A DNA stretch of 64,000 nucleotides from Macrostomum lignano (lineage: Eukaryota): assembly GCA_002269645.1 (NCBI GenBank), contig NIVC01000989.1:327627-391626 (forward strand). The letters run 5' to 3'. A program made the translations under genes and the position numbers. Of this stretch, positions 23,564-37,300 are shown piece by piece. Position 1 is the first letter of the stretch; each line of letters starts with the position of its first letter. Under the pieces are notes generated by a model. The model was not told the DNA's origin and did not search any database. It worked only from the letters and a program-made list of their open reading frames with translations.

Positions 23564-24908
23564 TCTATAGGCTAGTTCAATTTAACTGGAAAAATATTTA
23601 TTAAAGTAATATACCAGAAACAAAATGTAATGATAGCTCAATCGATATAAGCCAATGCTAAACAGAAAAGCATTTGATCACTTTATAATTGTGCTTTTTC
23701 TTCGAAATATTTTTGCTTTTGAAAATCAGCTTTTTGCTACAGATTATAACAACAATTTAAAATTTGAATAAGGTTCTACCGATTAAAAAGTAATAAAACC
23801 TAATTTATTAAATGAAGTTGCAGAATACTAAGGATGCTGAATTAAAGTTATACTCTAACTGTTAACTGTCTACACTTGAGTAAACGACATCTATTAACGT
23901 AGTTTCCCGATTAACACCTTTGCAATCGGGAAACACCACATGTCATACTCCCCCTTTGCGTCTAACGTTTTTCAAGCTAACTTAAATAAACGAGCGTAAT
24001 TTTTACCACAAAATCCGGGGTTTCCGAATTACAGTACGTGTTCGAATTATTTCAAGTCATTGAAATCGAGTTCAAAGCAAGGAAATGACTAGCTTTTTGT
24101 TTACAGAATAGACGTGCACGTAAGAGTATAGGCACAAACAAGAATTTTTCAGCAATATTCATGTATGATCCAATCTCTGCTTAGTTTAGTTTAGGTCTAT
24201 ATGTGTGGGTAAAATTAGAAAATATGGGAACCCAATAAATCGTTAATTTTTAAGCAGAATATTTCGAACAAAAAGTGGTTTATAGCAATCAATATATTAG
24301 CTAAGAGTTTTCCGTTGTTATTATAGCAGGAAGTACATAAGCAAAGCAGCAATAATTAATAGTATTAGGAAACACCAGAAGTCCAGAATATTTAGCGTAA
24401 TTTTTTAGTAGATCAGGAAGTTCATAATACATGTAAACCATTTACGATGCAGCAAGTCTATATTTTCTGGCAACAAGACAGTGATAGCTAATTGGAAAGG
24501 TGAAATAATGTCTTCGATTTTTGGAATCCGGCGGACAAAAAATACAATAAATAATAAATTAGCCGAGTTAGTTTTGAAATTAGTCTTTCATTGCACTTTT
24601 TCAACCGCCTTTTAAACCAAAATTCAGAAAAATGTCAAAGAAAACTGTCCGCAAAGGCAAAAGAATGAAACGCGAGACCTAAAAAAAGCAAAAATGAACA
24701 AAAAAGGAAACAACTTATTATTAGATAGCGCAGATTCAGAAATGTTCGTTAATATGCACATACGTGTTTTAAATAGCAATTTTTCAACTATCAGCTTGTT
24801 AAACATTGTCTTTCCGCCAACTTTCCTACATTTCTACTCATAGTAGAGTGGTCAAAACAATATTAGATTTTTTCGCACAAATTTTTATGAGAAAAAACTG
24901 TTAGATGA

Positions 24909-27900
24909 TCAAAGTTGCCTAGCAGTGCTAGGAAATCGATTCGCCTCAAAGTCGCTGTCCTGTCCAACTCGGCGACGAATTTGTGCCAACAATTCGGACA
25001 GGAAAGCCGAACGGAACTCGGCGTCATCGCTAGTTGTGGCCGGCGCTAGTCTTGGCCCGCCCTGGCCTAGCTGGGCTGCAGTCTCTGCCACTAGGCGATC
25101 TAATAATTGAAACGCCGGCTCACGTAGCTGCTGCTGCTGCTGCTGGCTTGTCGGGTCATTGGGTGTTTCTTGTTGCGAACCATCCGGCGTCTGCAGCACC
25201 CGGCGTCGTTTAGCGTGCGGCTGCTGCCTCAAATAAGCGTCCGACAGGGGGTGCGGCCGGTCCATCGGCGGCCGTCTGGCTCGCATAGCCGCCGCGTCTG
25301 CTTCAACCACAGGGGCAAAATCGGCTGGAAAATCCAGCGGAGCCAACGGAGCGCCGGAACCTGCGGCAGCGGCGGTCACAGCGGCAGTCAAAGCCGTGGC
25401 CGAATAAGCCAGTGGATCGCCGTCGTCTGGCAGATTCGCAGGCTCCGACTTCAGCGCCAGAATTCGACGCTCGTGCTCCGACGGTTGCCGTCGGGCTGTA
25501 GAATTAACAGCTGCCGACGCCTTCTGATTTGTCGCTTCTATTGTTGTCGACGCTGTTGTCGCTGGGGTTGTCAACAAGTAGGGCGGAAATCCTGGCGTAC
25601 CAGAGCGCAATCGGCCCTGCACCCTGGTGGCGAGCACCTGAGAGCAAAACTGAATCATATCCGGTGCGCCGGCGGCGCTGCCACCAGCCTGGCTGGACAT
25701 TGACAGCATGTACTGCTGCATCAGTCGGTCGGCCATTCGTTGCGCTCTGAATAGATTTTTTAAGTGCAAGGGTAAACGGCGGGAGTAACTATTACCTATT
25801 CAGAAGCCTCGCCAGCTAATAAGTATTTAAAATTTTTCTTACGACTTTTACTTTAAGCAGGAAATTGAAAGAAATACTACGCAACAGACTTACCCGGCAG
25901 GTCCAAGGGATTTCAAAGCTACGCTAATAATTTCGTCAATTAATCGATTGAAGCTGTTTAATAGCAGCTGGCCGAAACCTTCATCTGTGTTAGCCGCCAT
26001 CAGCTGCTCTCTGAAGACAAAATTAATTGTAAAATACAAATAAGTACTTTAATAAGTTACTTAAGTATTATTTACTGCTGTAGAAAACTGCAATCTGAGA
26101 TATGAAAACTGAAACCTGAGATATGAAAACTGCAATCTGAGATATGAAAACTGCAATCAGAGATATAAAACTGCCATTTGAGATGTGAAAACTGCAATCT
26201 GAGATTTGAAAACTGCAATCTGAGATATGAAAACTGCAATCTGAGATATGAAAACTGCAATCTGAGATATGAAAACTGCAATCTGAGATATGAAAACTGC
26301 AATCTGAGATTTGATTACTGCAATCTGAGATATGAAAACTGCAATCTGAGATATGACAACTGCAATCAGAGATATGAAAACTGCAATTTGAGATATGAAA
26401 ACTGCAATCTGAGATATGACAACTGCAATCTGAGATTTGATTACTGCAATCTGAGATATGAAAACTGCAATCTGAGATATGAAAACTGCAATCTGAGATA
26501 TGACAACTGCAATCTGAGATTTGATTACTGCAATCTGAGATATGACAACTGCAATCTGAGATTTGAAAACTGCAATCTGAGATATGAAAACTGCAATCTG
26601 AGATATGAAAACTGCAATCTGAGATATGACAACTGCAATCTGAGATATGAAAACTGCAATCAGAGATATCCAACCTGGTCACTGTGACATTGTGCCGGAT
26701 AACAGCAAGTACAAGTTCGTCAGGTCCCAGTCCGCTGGGCGGACGAGCTAGCACAGGCAGTCCAGCTACAGAACCAGCTAGCAGAGGCCTCAGCACAACC
26801 AACTGAGCCTCCAAATGGCCAGGCAATTGCAAATACTGCTCCAAATAGTCTTGCACAGCCTGCCTACTTGAGTCCATAGGCCGGCCATCGCCAGCCATAA
26901 GCGCCATGATATCTGGTAGAGCCAACTGCCCGTTGCTGAGCACCAAAATTAGCAGATCGGTTAGGAAATTCTCTCCCGGCGTCTCGTTGCCAGTGGAGCC
27001 GAATAAATTTGCCACTTGCTCCATCACGGAGGCTGCACCGCCGCCGGATAGAAACGAGCCCAGCAACTGGCGAGTTAGTTGACAAAAAGCAAAATTTTGT
27101 GAGGTCAGATACGGAGACTACATGGATGGATTCGCCCTAATACAAAACATACTAGATGAGAAAGCATAAAGATACATAAAAATTATTTGGCAATAACAAA
27201 CAGTTGAAAACCCAATAAGATCATGCATGCCAGATCCGATTAACGCTTGAGGTATGTGACCCAACTAAACAGTGGGACAGTATAAACCAATGAGTATGAC
27301 CCATCTGACCCTCACCTACCTAACTCATGACCCACCTAGCCCATGATACACCTAGCCCATGACCCACATAACACATGACCCACCTAACCCATGATACACC
27401 TAACCCATGACCCACCTAACACATGACCCACCTAACCCATGACCCACCTAACCCATGACCCACCTAACTCATGACCCACTTAACACATGACCCACCTAAC
27501 TCATGACCCACCTAACTCATGACCCACCTAAACCATGACCCAACTAACACATGACCCACCTAACCCATGACCCACCAAACTCATGACCCACCTAACTCAT
27601 GACCCACCTAAACCATGACCCACCTAACCCATGACCCTCCCTAACCCATGACCCACCTAACTCATGACCCACCTAAACCATGACCCACCTAACCCATGAC
27701 CCACCTAACTCATGACCCACCTAAACCATGACCCACCTAACCCATGACCCTCCCTAACCCATGACCCACCTAACTCATGACCCACCTAAACCATGACCCA
27801 CCTAACCCATGACCCACCTAACTCATGACCCACCTAAACCATGACCCACCTAACCCATGACCCTCCCTAACACATGACCCACCTAACCCATGACCCCCCC

Positions 27901-28352
27901 CTAACCCATGACAAAGCTGACCTAATTAACTGAAGCGTGACCCCCACTAAGCCAATTCACTCACATGCTCCATCATTTGCGGCGGCCGACTCTGCGCCGA
28001 TCTGGCGGCGCCATCAATCGGATTAGACGAATTAGTTGGATTGGCGCCGACGCTAACGCCACTAGCCGGCGCCCTAGCGCCAGTGGACGCGGCCGAGTTG
28101 CTGCCAGGGTTAGCCGCCGCTGCCGCAGCAGCCACCCGCGGCGGCATGAAATGCCGGCTTAAACAATTGAGAAAGGGATCGATAAATAATCCTCCGGCTG
28201 GTGCCACGTGGGGATGGGCGCCACCGCCGCCGCCGACGGCTCCGAGCGATTGCTGCATAGCGGCGCGCAGGTGAGCAGAAATTGGATTGAGCATCGGTTC
28301 GGCTGGGTCCGCGTGACCTGGTCTCTGTTGTTGTTGCTGTTGTTGTTGTTGT

Positions 28353-28393
<41 letters not shown>

Positions 28394-31300
28394 TTGCTGC
28401 TGCTGCGTCGGCGAATGCACTCGATGACCCATAGCATCGGTGGTCATGCTAATATGAGCATGGAGAGTGTGAAACGGGGCCTCGCTTAGCACCAGCAGGT
28501 TGTTTGGTCGGCTGCAGATTGAGATTAGGTTAAATTTATTTACGAGTGTAAGACTTTCTAAAGTCTTAGACTTGAAAAGCCTGGATTCTAAGGATAAATC
28601 CCTGATGAATCTACAGATTCTACAGGTGATCCTTGGACCCTCGATTCTACAGGTGATCCCAGGACCCTGGATTCTACAGGTGATCCAAGGACCCTGGATT
28701 CTACAGGTGATCCAAGGACATCTGATTCTACAGGTGATCAAAGGACCCTGGATTCTACAGGTGATTCTAGGACCCTGGATTCTACAGGTGATTCTAGGAC
28801 CCTGGATTCTACAGGTGATTCTAGGACCCTGGATTCTACAGGTGATCAAAGGACCCTGGATTCTACAGGTGATTCTTGGACACTGGATTCTACAGGTGAT
28901 TCTTGGACCCTGGATTGTACAGGTGATTCTTGGAAACTGGATTGTACAGGTGATTCTTGAACACTGGATTCTACAGGTGATTCTTGAACACTGGATTCTA
29001 CAGGTGATTCTCGGACCCTGGATTCTACAGGTGATTCTTGGACACTGAATTCTACAGGTGATTCTTGGACACTGGATTGTACAGGTGATTCTTGGACACT
29101 GGATTCTACAGGTGATTCTTGGACACTGGATTCTACAGGTGATCTCAGGACCCTGGATTTAACAGGTGATTCTAGGACCCTGGATTGTACAGGTGATTCT
29201 AGGACCCTGGATTGTACAGGTGATTCTAGGACCCTGGATTGTACAGGTGATTCTAGGACCCTGGATTGTACAGGTGATTCTAGGACCCTAAATTGTACAG
29301 GTGATTCTAGGACCCTGGATTGTACAGGTGATTCTAGGACCCTGGATTGTACAGGTGATTCTAGGACCCTGGATTGTACAGGTGATTCTAGGACCCTGGA
29401 TTGTACAGGTGATTCTAGGACCCTGGATTGTACAGGTGATTCTAGGACCCTGGATTGTCCAGGTGATTCTCGGACGCTGAATTTTACAGGTGATTCTTGG
29501 AAACTAGATTGTTCAGGTGATTCTTGGAAACTGGATTGTACAGGTGATTCTTGGAAACTGGATTGTACAGGTGATTCTTGGAAACTGGATTGTACAGGTG
29601 ATTCTTGGAAACTGGATTGTACAGGTGATTCTTGGAAACTGGATTGTACAGGTGATTCTTGGACACTGGATTGTACAGGTGATTCTTGGAAACTGGATTG
29701 TACAGGTGATTCTTGGACACTGGATTGTACAGGTGATTCTTGGAAACTGGATTGTACAGGTGATTCTTGGAAACTGGATTGTACAGGTGATTTCTGGACA
29801 CTGGATTCTACAGGTGACCCTTGGACCCTGCACTTTGTAAAAACCTTCTATTCTATTCTTACCCAGTTTCGCCTTGCCTATCCAATTCGGCAATTAAATC
29901 CGACAGATTGTGCAAAGCGTGCGCGCCAAGGTGAGCAGCTCTGGAGGCTAACTCGTACTGAGCCAGACGCCGCCTACGGCGACTGTTCAACGATTCGGCA
30001 TCGGCGCCGCCCTCGGCGCCAGGCTGATCGGCGAGGTCTTCGCTGACAACAGCGGACCAGGTGGCCAATCCGGCGTCGAGGCTGCTCAGAGCGCGGCGAA
30101 CCCGGTCGATGGCGGCTGGCAGCTCCGCTACCGACGCCGGAGCCGAGGGATCTTCGCCGACGCGATCCTGCTCCGGCAGGGTGATCCGATCTGCCGACGG
30201 ATTGCCGGACAAGCGCACGGCGTCCGAATCGTGCGGCACCTTCGATTTGTTAGATGGGACAATGGAATGAGAGACGCACTCTGACGTAGGCACTCTGAAG
30301 GGGTGAGAGGCACTCTGAAGGGGTGAGAGGCACTCTGACGGGGTGAGAGGCACTCTGACAGGGTGAGAGGCACTCTAAAGGGGTGAGAAGCACTCTAAAG
30401 GGTGAGAGGCACTCTGAAGGGAGAGATGTTCTTGAAATGGAGAGAGCCACTCTGAAAATAGAGAAGCACTCGGAAGGTAGAGAAGCACTCTGAGATAGAG
30501 AGGCACTCTGAAAAAAACAGTGATAGCAGTTAGCCGGCCTTCTCACCTCTCCGGGCCCATCAGCAAGGCCAGACCGCACCCGATCAAGCTGAGCCAGCAG
30601 GCTGCTCATCTGCCTCAGCACAGTGTTCAGATAGCCCAGCCTCAGCCTAGCCAGAGACTGGTGCTGGCCTCCAGGCGCCAGATTGACAACAACATCGACT
30701 CCGCCGTCTGGCTGTTGTCGAGTTGTCACCGAGGCGCCGCGACCAGCTTCGCCAACACCGCCAAGGACTTGTTCCATGATTTGAGCAATCTGGTTTGGCA
30801 GAGCGTGAAGATCTGGATGGTGATGATGGTGATGATGCTGCTGAGACTGTTGCTGCTGAGACTGCTGCTGCTGCTGCTGCTGCGGCTGTGGCATCCGTCG
30901 AACCAGGTGAACGACTTTTCCAGCGCAGCCTTGATCGATTAATTTGGCGTCATTTTGCAGCACCCGGCCTTGAAATATGAGCCGCTGCTCCTCGCTGGGA
31001 ATGCGCATCGCTTCGGCTAAGATGGCTTTGAATTGGCCCACCGTTGTCTGCAGTTAGGTGTGAAGAGTCAACTGGGTATGTCTACCTATGTCACTAAAAT
31101 CTCACCTTAAGATATTTCACTAAAATCTTATCTTGAGATATGTCACTAAAATTTCATTCTGAGATATGTCACTAAAATCTTATCTTGAGATATGTCACTA
31201 AAATCTTATCTTGAGATATGTCACTAAAATCTTATCTTGAGATAAATCACTAAAATCGCACCACAAGATATGGCACTAAAATCCCACCTTAAGATATGTC

Positions 31301-34300
31301 ATCACTAAAATCTCATCTTGAGATCCTATATACTAAAAATGAAATGTCTGTAACTAACTAGCTATGCGATAGATATCAGAAAAAATGGCTCAACCGATTT
31401 TCTTCAAACTTGCACCATTTGATCAGAAATTTTCCTGGGACGGTACATGCATCTTGGCTAAGAAATTGCTCAATTTTAAAGGGATTAAATATTCGAAAAA
31501 CATGCTTTTTTGCAAAGGTCAAGCAGCTCTTTCGACCTGAAATGAATTGTAAAAATGCGAAAGAAAAAACTGACTGACTGAATTTCAATTGTGATAAAGA
31601 TTGCATCACAACAAGATGAAAACAGTGTCGAAAAAATGCACACAAGACTTGATTGTAATTGCGTAACCATATTGCTAACTTGAATTGAGACTGATACTGG
31701 CTGACTGAGAAATTGATTATGTCATAACTTTTTACTCTAACTGACTTGCTATAAGAATTGAATTATAAGGGCCACAATTCATGTTCTCCAATTGAAAAGA
31801 GATAGCCAAGATGCGAACAGACTGGACTGCTAATGTAGCGACCTGGGTTCGAATCTTAGTAGTGCAAAAACATTTTTTTTATTAAAACACTTTAAAACAC
31901 AAAATGCTAAACATAAAAGAAGCGCAATGTCAAATATAAAAGAGCCACCATGTAAATCATAAAAGAGCCACCATTTCAAACATAAAAGAGCCACCATTTC
32001 AAACATAAAAGAGCCACCATTTCAAACATAAAAGAGCCACCATGTGAAACATATACGTGACTCAATGTCAAACATTAAAGAGCCACCATGTCAAACATTA
32101 AAGAGCCACCATGTCAAACATTCAAGAGCCACCATGTCGAACATAACAGAGACAACATTTCAAACATAAAAGAGCCATCATGTCAAACATAAAAGAGCCA
32201 CCATGTCGAACATTAAAGAGCCACCATGTCGAACATAACAGAGACAACATTTCAAACATAAAAGAGCCATCATGTCAAACATTAAAGAGCCACCATGTCG
32301 AACATTAAAGAGCCACCATGTTGAACATTGAAGAGCCACCACGTCAAACATTAAAGAGCCACCAAGTAAAATATAAAAGAGCTACCATGTCAAACATAAA
32401 AAGGCCATCATGTCAAACATAAAAGAGCCATCATGTGAAACATATACGTGACTCAATGTCAAACATTAAAGAGCCACCATGTCAAACATAAAAGAGACAC
32501 CATATGTCGAACATTAAAGAGCCACCAAGTCAAACATTAAAGAGCCACCATGTCAAACATTAAAGAGCCACTATGTCAAACATTTAAGAGCCACCATGTC
32601 AAACATAAAAGAGCCACCATGTCGAGCATAAAAGAGCCACCATGTCAAACATAAAAGAGCTACCACGTCAAACATTAAAGAGCCACCATGTCAAACATTA
32701 AAGAGCCACCATGTCGAGCATAAAAGAGCCACCATGTCGAACATAAAAGAGCCACCATGTCAAACATTAAAGAGCCACCATGTCAAACATTCAAGAGCCA
32801 CCATGTCAAACATTCAAGAGCCACCATGTCGAACATAACAGAGACAACATTTCAAACATTTAAGAGCCACCATGTCAAACATAAAAGATCTACCATGTCA
32901 AGCATAAAAGAGCCATCATGTCAAACATAAAAGAGCCACCATGTCGAACATTAAAGAGCCACCATGTTCAACATTAAGGAGCCACCATGTCAAACATTCA
33001 AGAGCCACCATGTCGAACATAACAGAGACAACATTTCAAACATTTAGGAGCCACCATGTCAAACATAAAAGAGCCACCATGTCGAGCATAAAAGAGCCAC
33101 CATGTTGAACATTAAAGAGCCACCATGTCAAACATTAAAGAGCCACCATGTCGAGCATAAAAGAGCCACCATGTCGAACATAAAAGAGCCACCATGTCAA
33201 ACATTAAAGAGCCACCATGTCAAACATTCAAGAGCCACCATGTCAAACATTCAAGAGCCACCATGTCGAACATAACAGAGACAACATTTCAAACATTTAA
33301 GAGCCACCATGTCAAACATAAAAGATCTACCATGTCAAGCATAAAAGAGCCATCATGTCAAACATAAAAGAGCCACCATGTCGAACATTAAAGAGCCACC
33401 ATGTTCAACATTAAGGAGCCACCATGTCAAACATAAAAGAGCCACCATGTCAAACATTAAAGAGCCACCATGTCAAACATTAAAGAGCTATCATGTCAAA
33501 CACAAAAGAGCTACCATGTCAAACATTAAAGAGCCACTTTTTTAAACAAAACAGAGACACCATTTCAAACATAAAAGAAGTGTCATGCCAAACAAAATGA
33601 AACCATTATAAAGCTAAGGAAATTGTTGCACTAGCTACTTGTTCTCTGGTGGATGCTTGCTATTTAAGGATGGATACTTGCTATCAGGGGGATGCTTGCT
33701 CTTGGGGGTGGAGAGTACTTGCTATCTGAGAGGGGGTTGCTAGATATCTATAAGGTATCTTTGTATCCAGGATATGCTTGCTATCAGGGGTTGCTTGCTG
33801 TCTGGGGGATGCTTGCGATCTGGGGGATGCTTGCTATCTGGGGGGATGCTTGCTATCTGGGGGGATGCTTGCTATCTGGGGGATGCTTGCTATCTGCGGG
33901 ATGCTTGCTATCTGGGGGACGCTTGCTATCTGGGGTCTGGGGGAATGCTTGCTATCTGGGGATGCTTGCGATCTGGGGGATGCTTGCTATCTGAGGAATG
34001 CTTGCTATCTGGGGATGCTTGCTATCTGCGGGATGCTTGCTATCTGGGGGATGCTTGCTATCTGGGGTCTGGGGAATGCTTGCTATCGGGGGATGCTTGC
34101 AGTCTGGGGGATGCTTGCTATCTGGGGATGCTTGCTATCTGGGGGATGCTTGCAGTCTGGGGGATGCTTGCTATTTGGGGATCAATGCTTGAATGTTGTC
34201 TGAGGATGCTTGCTGTCTTGGGATGTTTTGTTTTTAAGAGGGAATGTCTGTTGTTTTTTCTGAAGGCTTTATTTCGCTGTCTATTTGTTATTTGTAAAAA

Positions 34301-37300
34301 ACAAGGATTCTATCCAGATGTCCCCCATCGGGGGGCAAAGATTGCTAGTCCTATATACTAAAAATGAGTTGTCTGTATATGGGTATGCGATTGATTTCAG
34401 AAAAATTGGCTCAACCGATTTTCTTCAAACTTGCAGCATTCGATCAGAAATTTTCCTGGGACGGTACATGCATCTTGGCTAAGAAATTGCTCAATGTTAA
34501 AGGGATTAAATATTCGAAAAACATGCTTTTTTGCAAAGGTCAAGCCAAATTTTTGACTTGAATTGCATTGTAAGAATGCTAGAGAAAAAACTGACTGACT
34601 GAATTCCGATTGTGATAAAGATTGCATCACAACAAGGTGAAAACAGTGCCACAGAAACGCACACAAGACTTGATTGAAATTGCGTAACCATATTGCTAAC
34701 TTAAATTGAGACTGATACTGGCTGACTGAGAAATTGATTATGTCATAACTTTTTACTCTAACCGACTTGCTGTAAGTATTGAATCATAAGGGCCACAAGT
34801 CATGTTCTCCAATTAAAAAGAGATAGCCGGATGCAAACAGACTGGAATGCTAATGTAGCGACCTTGGTTCGAATCTTAGTAGTGAAAAATGTTTTTTTTA
34901 TTAAAACACCTTAAAAACACAAAATGCTAAACATTAAAAAGCCACCATGTCAAACATAAAACAGCCACCATATCAAACATTAAAGAGCCACAATGTCAAA
35001 CATTAAAGAGCCACCATTTCAAACCTAAAAGCGCCACCATGTCGAACATTAAAGAGCCACCATGTCGAACATTAAAGAGCCACCATATCAAACATAAAAG
35101 AGTTACCATGTCAAACATTAAAGAGCCACCATGTCAAACATTAAAGAGCCACCATGTCAAACATAAAACAGCCAACATTTCGAAAATCAAAGAGCCACCA
35201 TGTCAAACATTAAAGAGCCACCATGTCGAACATTAAAGAGCTACCATGTCAAACATAAAACAGACACCATTAAGAACATTAAAGAGCCACCATGTCGAAC
35301 ATTAAAGAGCCACCATGTCAAACATAAAACAGAGCCACAATTTCGACAATTAAAGAGCCACCATGTCAAACATTAAAGAGCCACCATGTCGAACATTAAA
35401 GAGCCACCATGTCAAACATAAAACAGCCACCATTTCAAAAATTAAAGAGCCACCATTTCAAACATTAAAGAGCCACCATGTCAAACATTAAAGAGCCACC
35501 ATGTCGAACATTTAAGAACCACCATGTCAAACATAAAATAGCCACCATGTAAAACATATATGTGACTCCATGTAAAACATTAAAGAGCTACCATATCAGA
35601 CATATACATGACTCCATGTCAAACATATACGTGACTCCATGTTAGACATTAAAGAGTCACCATGTCTAACACTAAAGAGCCACCAATGTCAAAAATAAAA
35701 GAGCCACCATGTCAAATATTAAAGAGCCACCATGTCAAACATTAAAGAGCCATTAGGTCAAACATGAAAGTGCCACCATGTAAAACATTAAAGAGCCACC
35801 ATGTCAAACATATACGTAACTCCATGTCAAACATTGAAGAGACCCCATGTCAAACATTAAAGAGCCACAATGTCGAACATAAAAGAGCCACCATGTAAAA
35901 CATATACGTAACTTCATGTCAAACATTGAAGCGACACCATGTCGAACATAAAAGAGCCACCATGTCGAACATAAAGGAGTTACCATGTCAAACATTAAAG
36001 AGCCACCATGTCAAACATAAAACAGAGCCACAATTTCGACAATTAAAGAGCCACCATGTCAAACATTAAAGAGCCACCATGTCGAACATTAAAGAGCCAC
36101 CATGTCAAACATAAAACAGCCACCATTTCAAAAATTAAAGAGCCACCATTTCAAACATTAAAGAGCCACCATGTCAAACATTAAAGAGCCACCATGTCGA
36201 ACATTAAAGAGCCACCATGTCAAACATTAAAGAGCCACCTTATCAAACATTAAAGAGCCACCATGTAAAACATTAAAGAGCCACCATGTCGAACATAAAA
36301 GAGGTACCATGTCAAACATTAAAGACCCACCAGGTAAAATATGAAAGTGCCATTATATCAAATATTAAAAAGCCACCATGTCAAGCATTAAAGAGCCACC
36401 AGGTCAAACATGAAAGTGCCACCATGTAAAACATTAAAGAGCCACCATGTCAAAAATTAAAGAGCCACCAGGTCAAACATATACATGACTCCATGTCAAA
36501 CATTGAAGAGCCACAATGTCGAACATAAAAGAGCCACCATGTCGAACATAAAAGAGTTACCATGTCAAACATTAAAGAGCCACCATGTCAAACATTAAAG
36601 AGCCACCATGTCAAACATTAAACAGCCAACATTTCGAAAATTAAAGAGCCACCATGTCAAACATTAAAGAGCCACCATGTCAAACATAAAACAGAGCCAC
36701 AATTTCGACAATTAAAGAGCCACCATGTCAAACATTAAAGAGCCACCATGTCGAACATTAAAGAGCCACCATGTCAAACATAAAACAGCCACCATTTCAA
36801 AAATTAAAGAGCCACCATTTCAAACATTAAAGAGCCACCATGTCAAACATTAAAGAGCCACCATGTCGAACATTAAAGAGCCACCATGTCAAACATTAAA
36901 GAGCCACCTTATCAAACATTAAAGAGCCACCATGTAAAACATTAAAGAGCCACCATGTCGAACATAAAAGAGGTACCATGTCAAACATTAAAGACCCACC
37001 AGGTCAAATATGAAAGTGCCATTATATCAAATATTAAAAAGCCACCATGTCAAGCATTAAAGAGCCACCAGGTCAAACATGAAAGTGCCACCATGTAAAA
37101 CATTAAAGAGCCACCATGTCAAAAATTAAAGGGCCACCAGGTCAAACATATACATGACTCCATGTCAAACATTGAAGAGCCACAATGTCGAACATAAAAG
37201 GGCCACCATGTCAAATACTAAAGAGTCACCATGTCAAACATTAAAGAGCCAACAGGTCAAACATAAAAGTGCCACCATGTAAAACATTAAAGAGCCACCA

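Larger units (their letters stand above)
31324..34348 (+). mobile_element. Non-autonomous Helitron, unit 1 (~3.0 kb)
   Basis: Starts A^TCCTATATACTAAAAATGA. Ends with a GTCCCCCATCGGGGGGC hairpin followed by AAAGATTGCTAG. No TSD or TIR. Contains a tRNA-like block plus 23-bp and 18-19-bp arrays. Confidence 0.9.

Noticed and set aside
28500-29893. ORFs with WILQVILGP / PRITCTIQ repeats
   Set aside because: These are translations of the 27-bp intronic minisatellite in BAG6 intron 3, with no independent gene signals.
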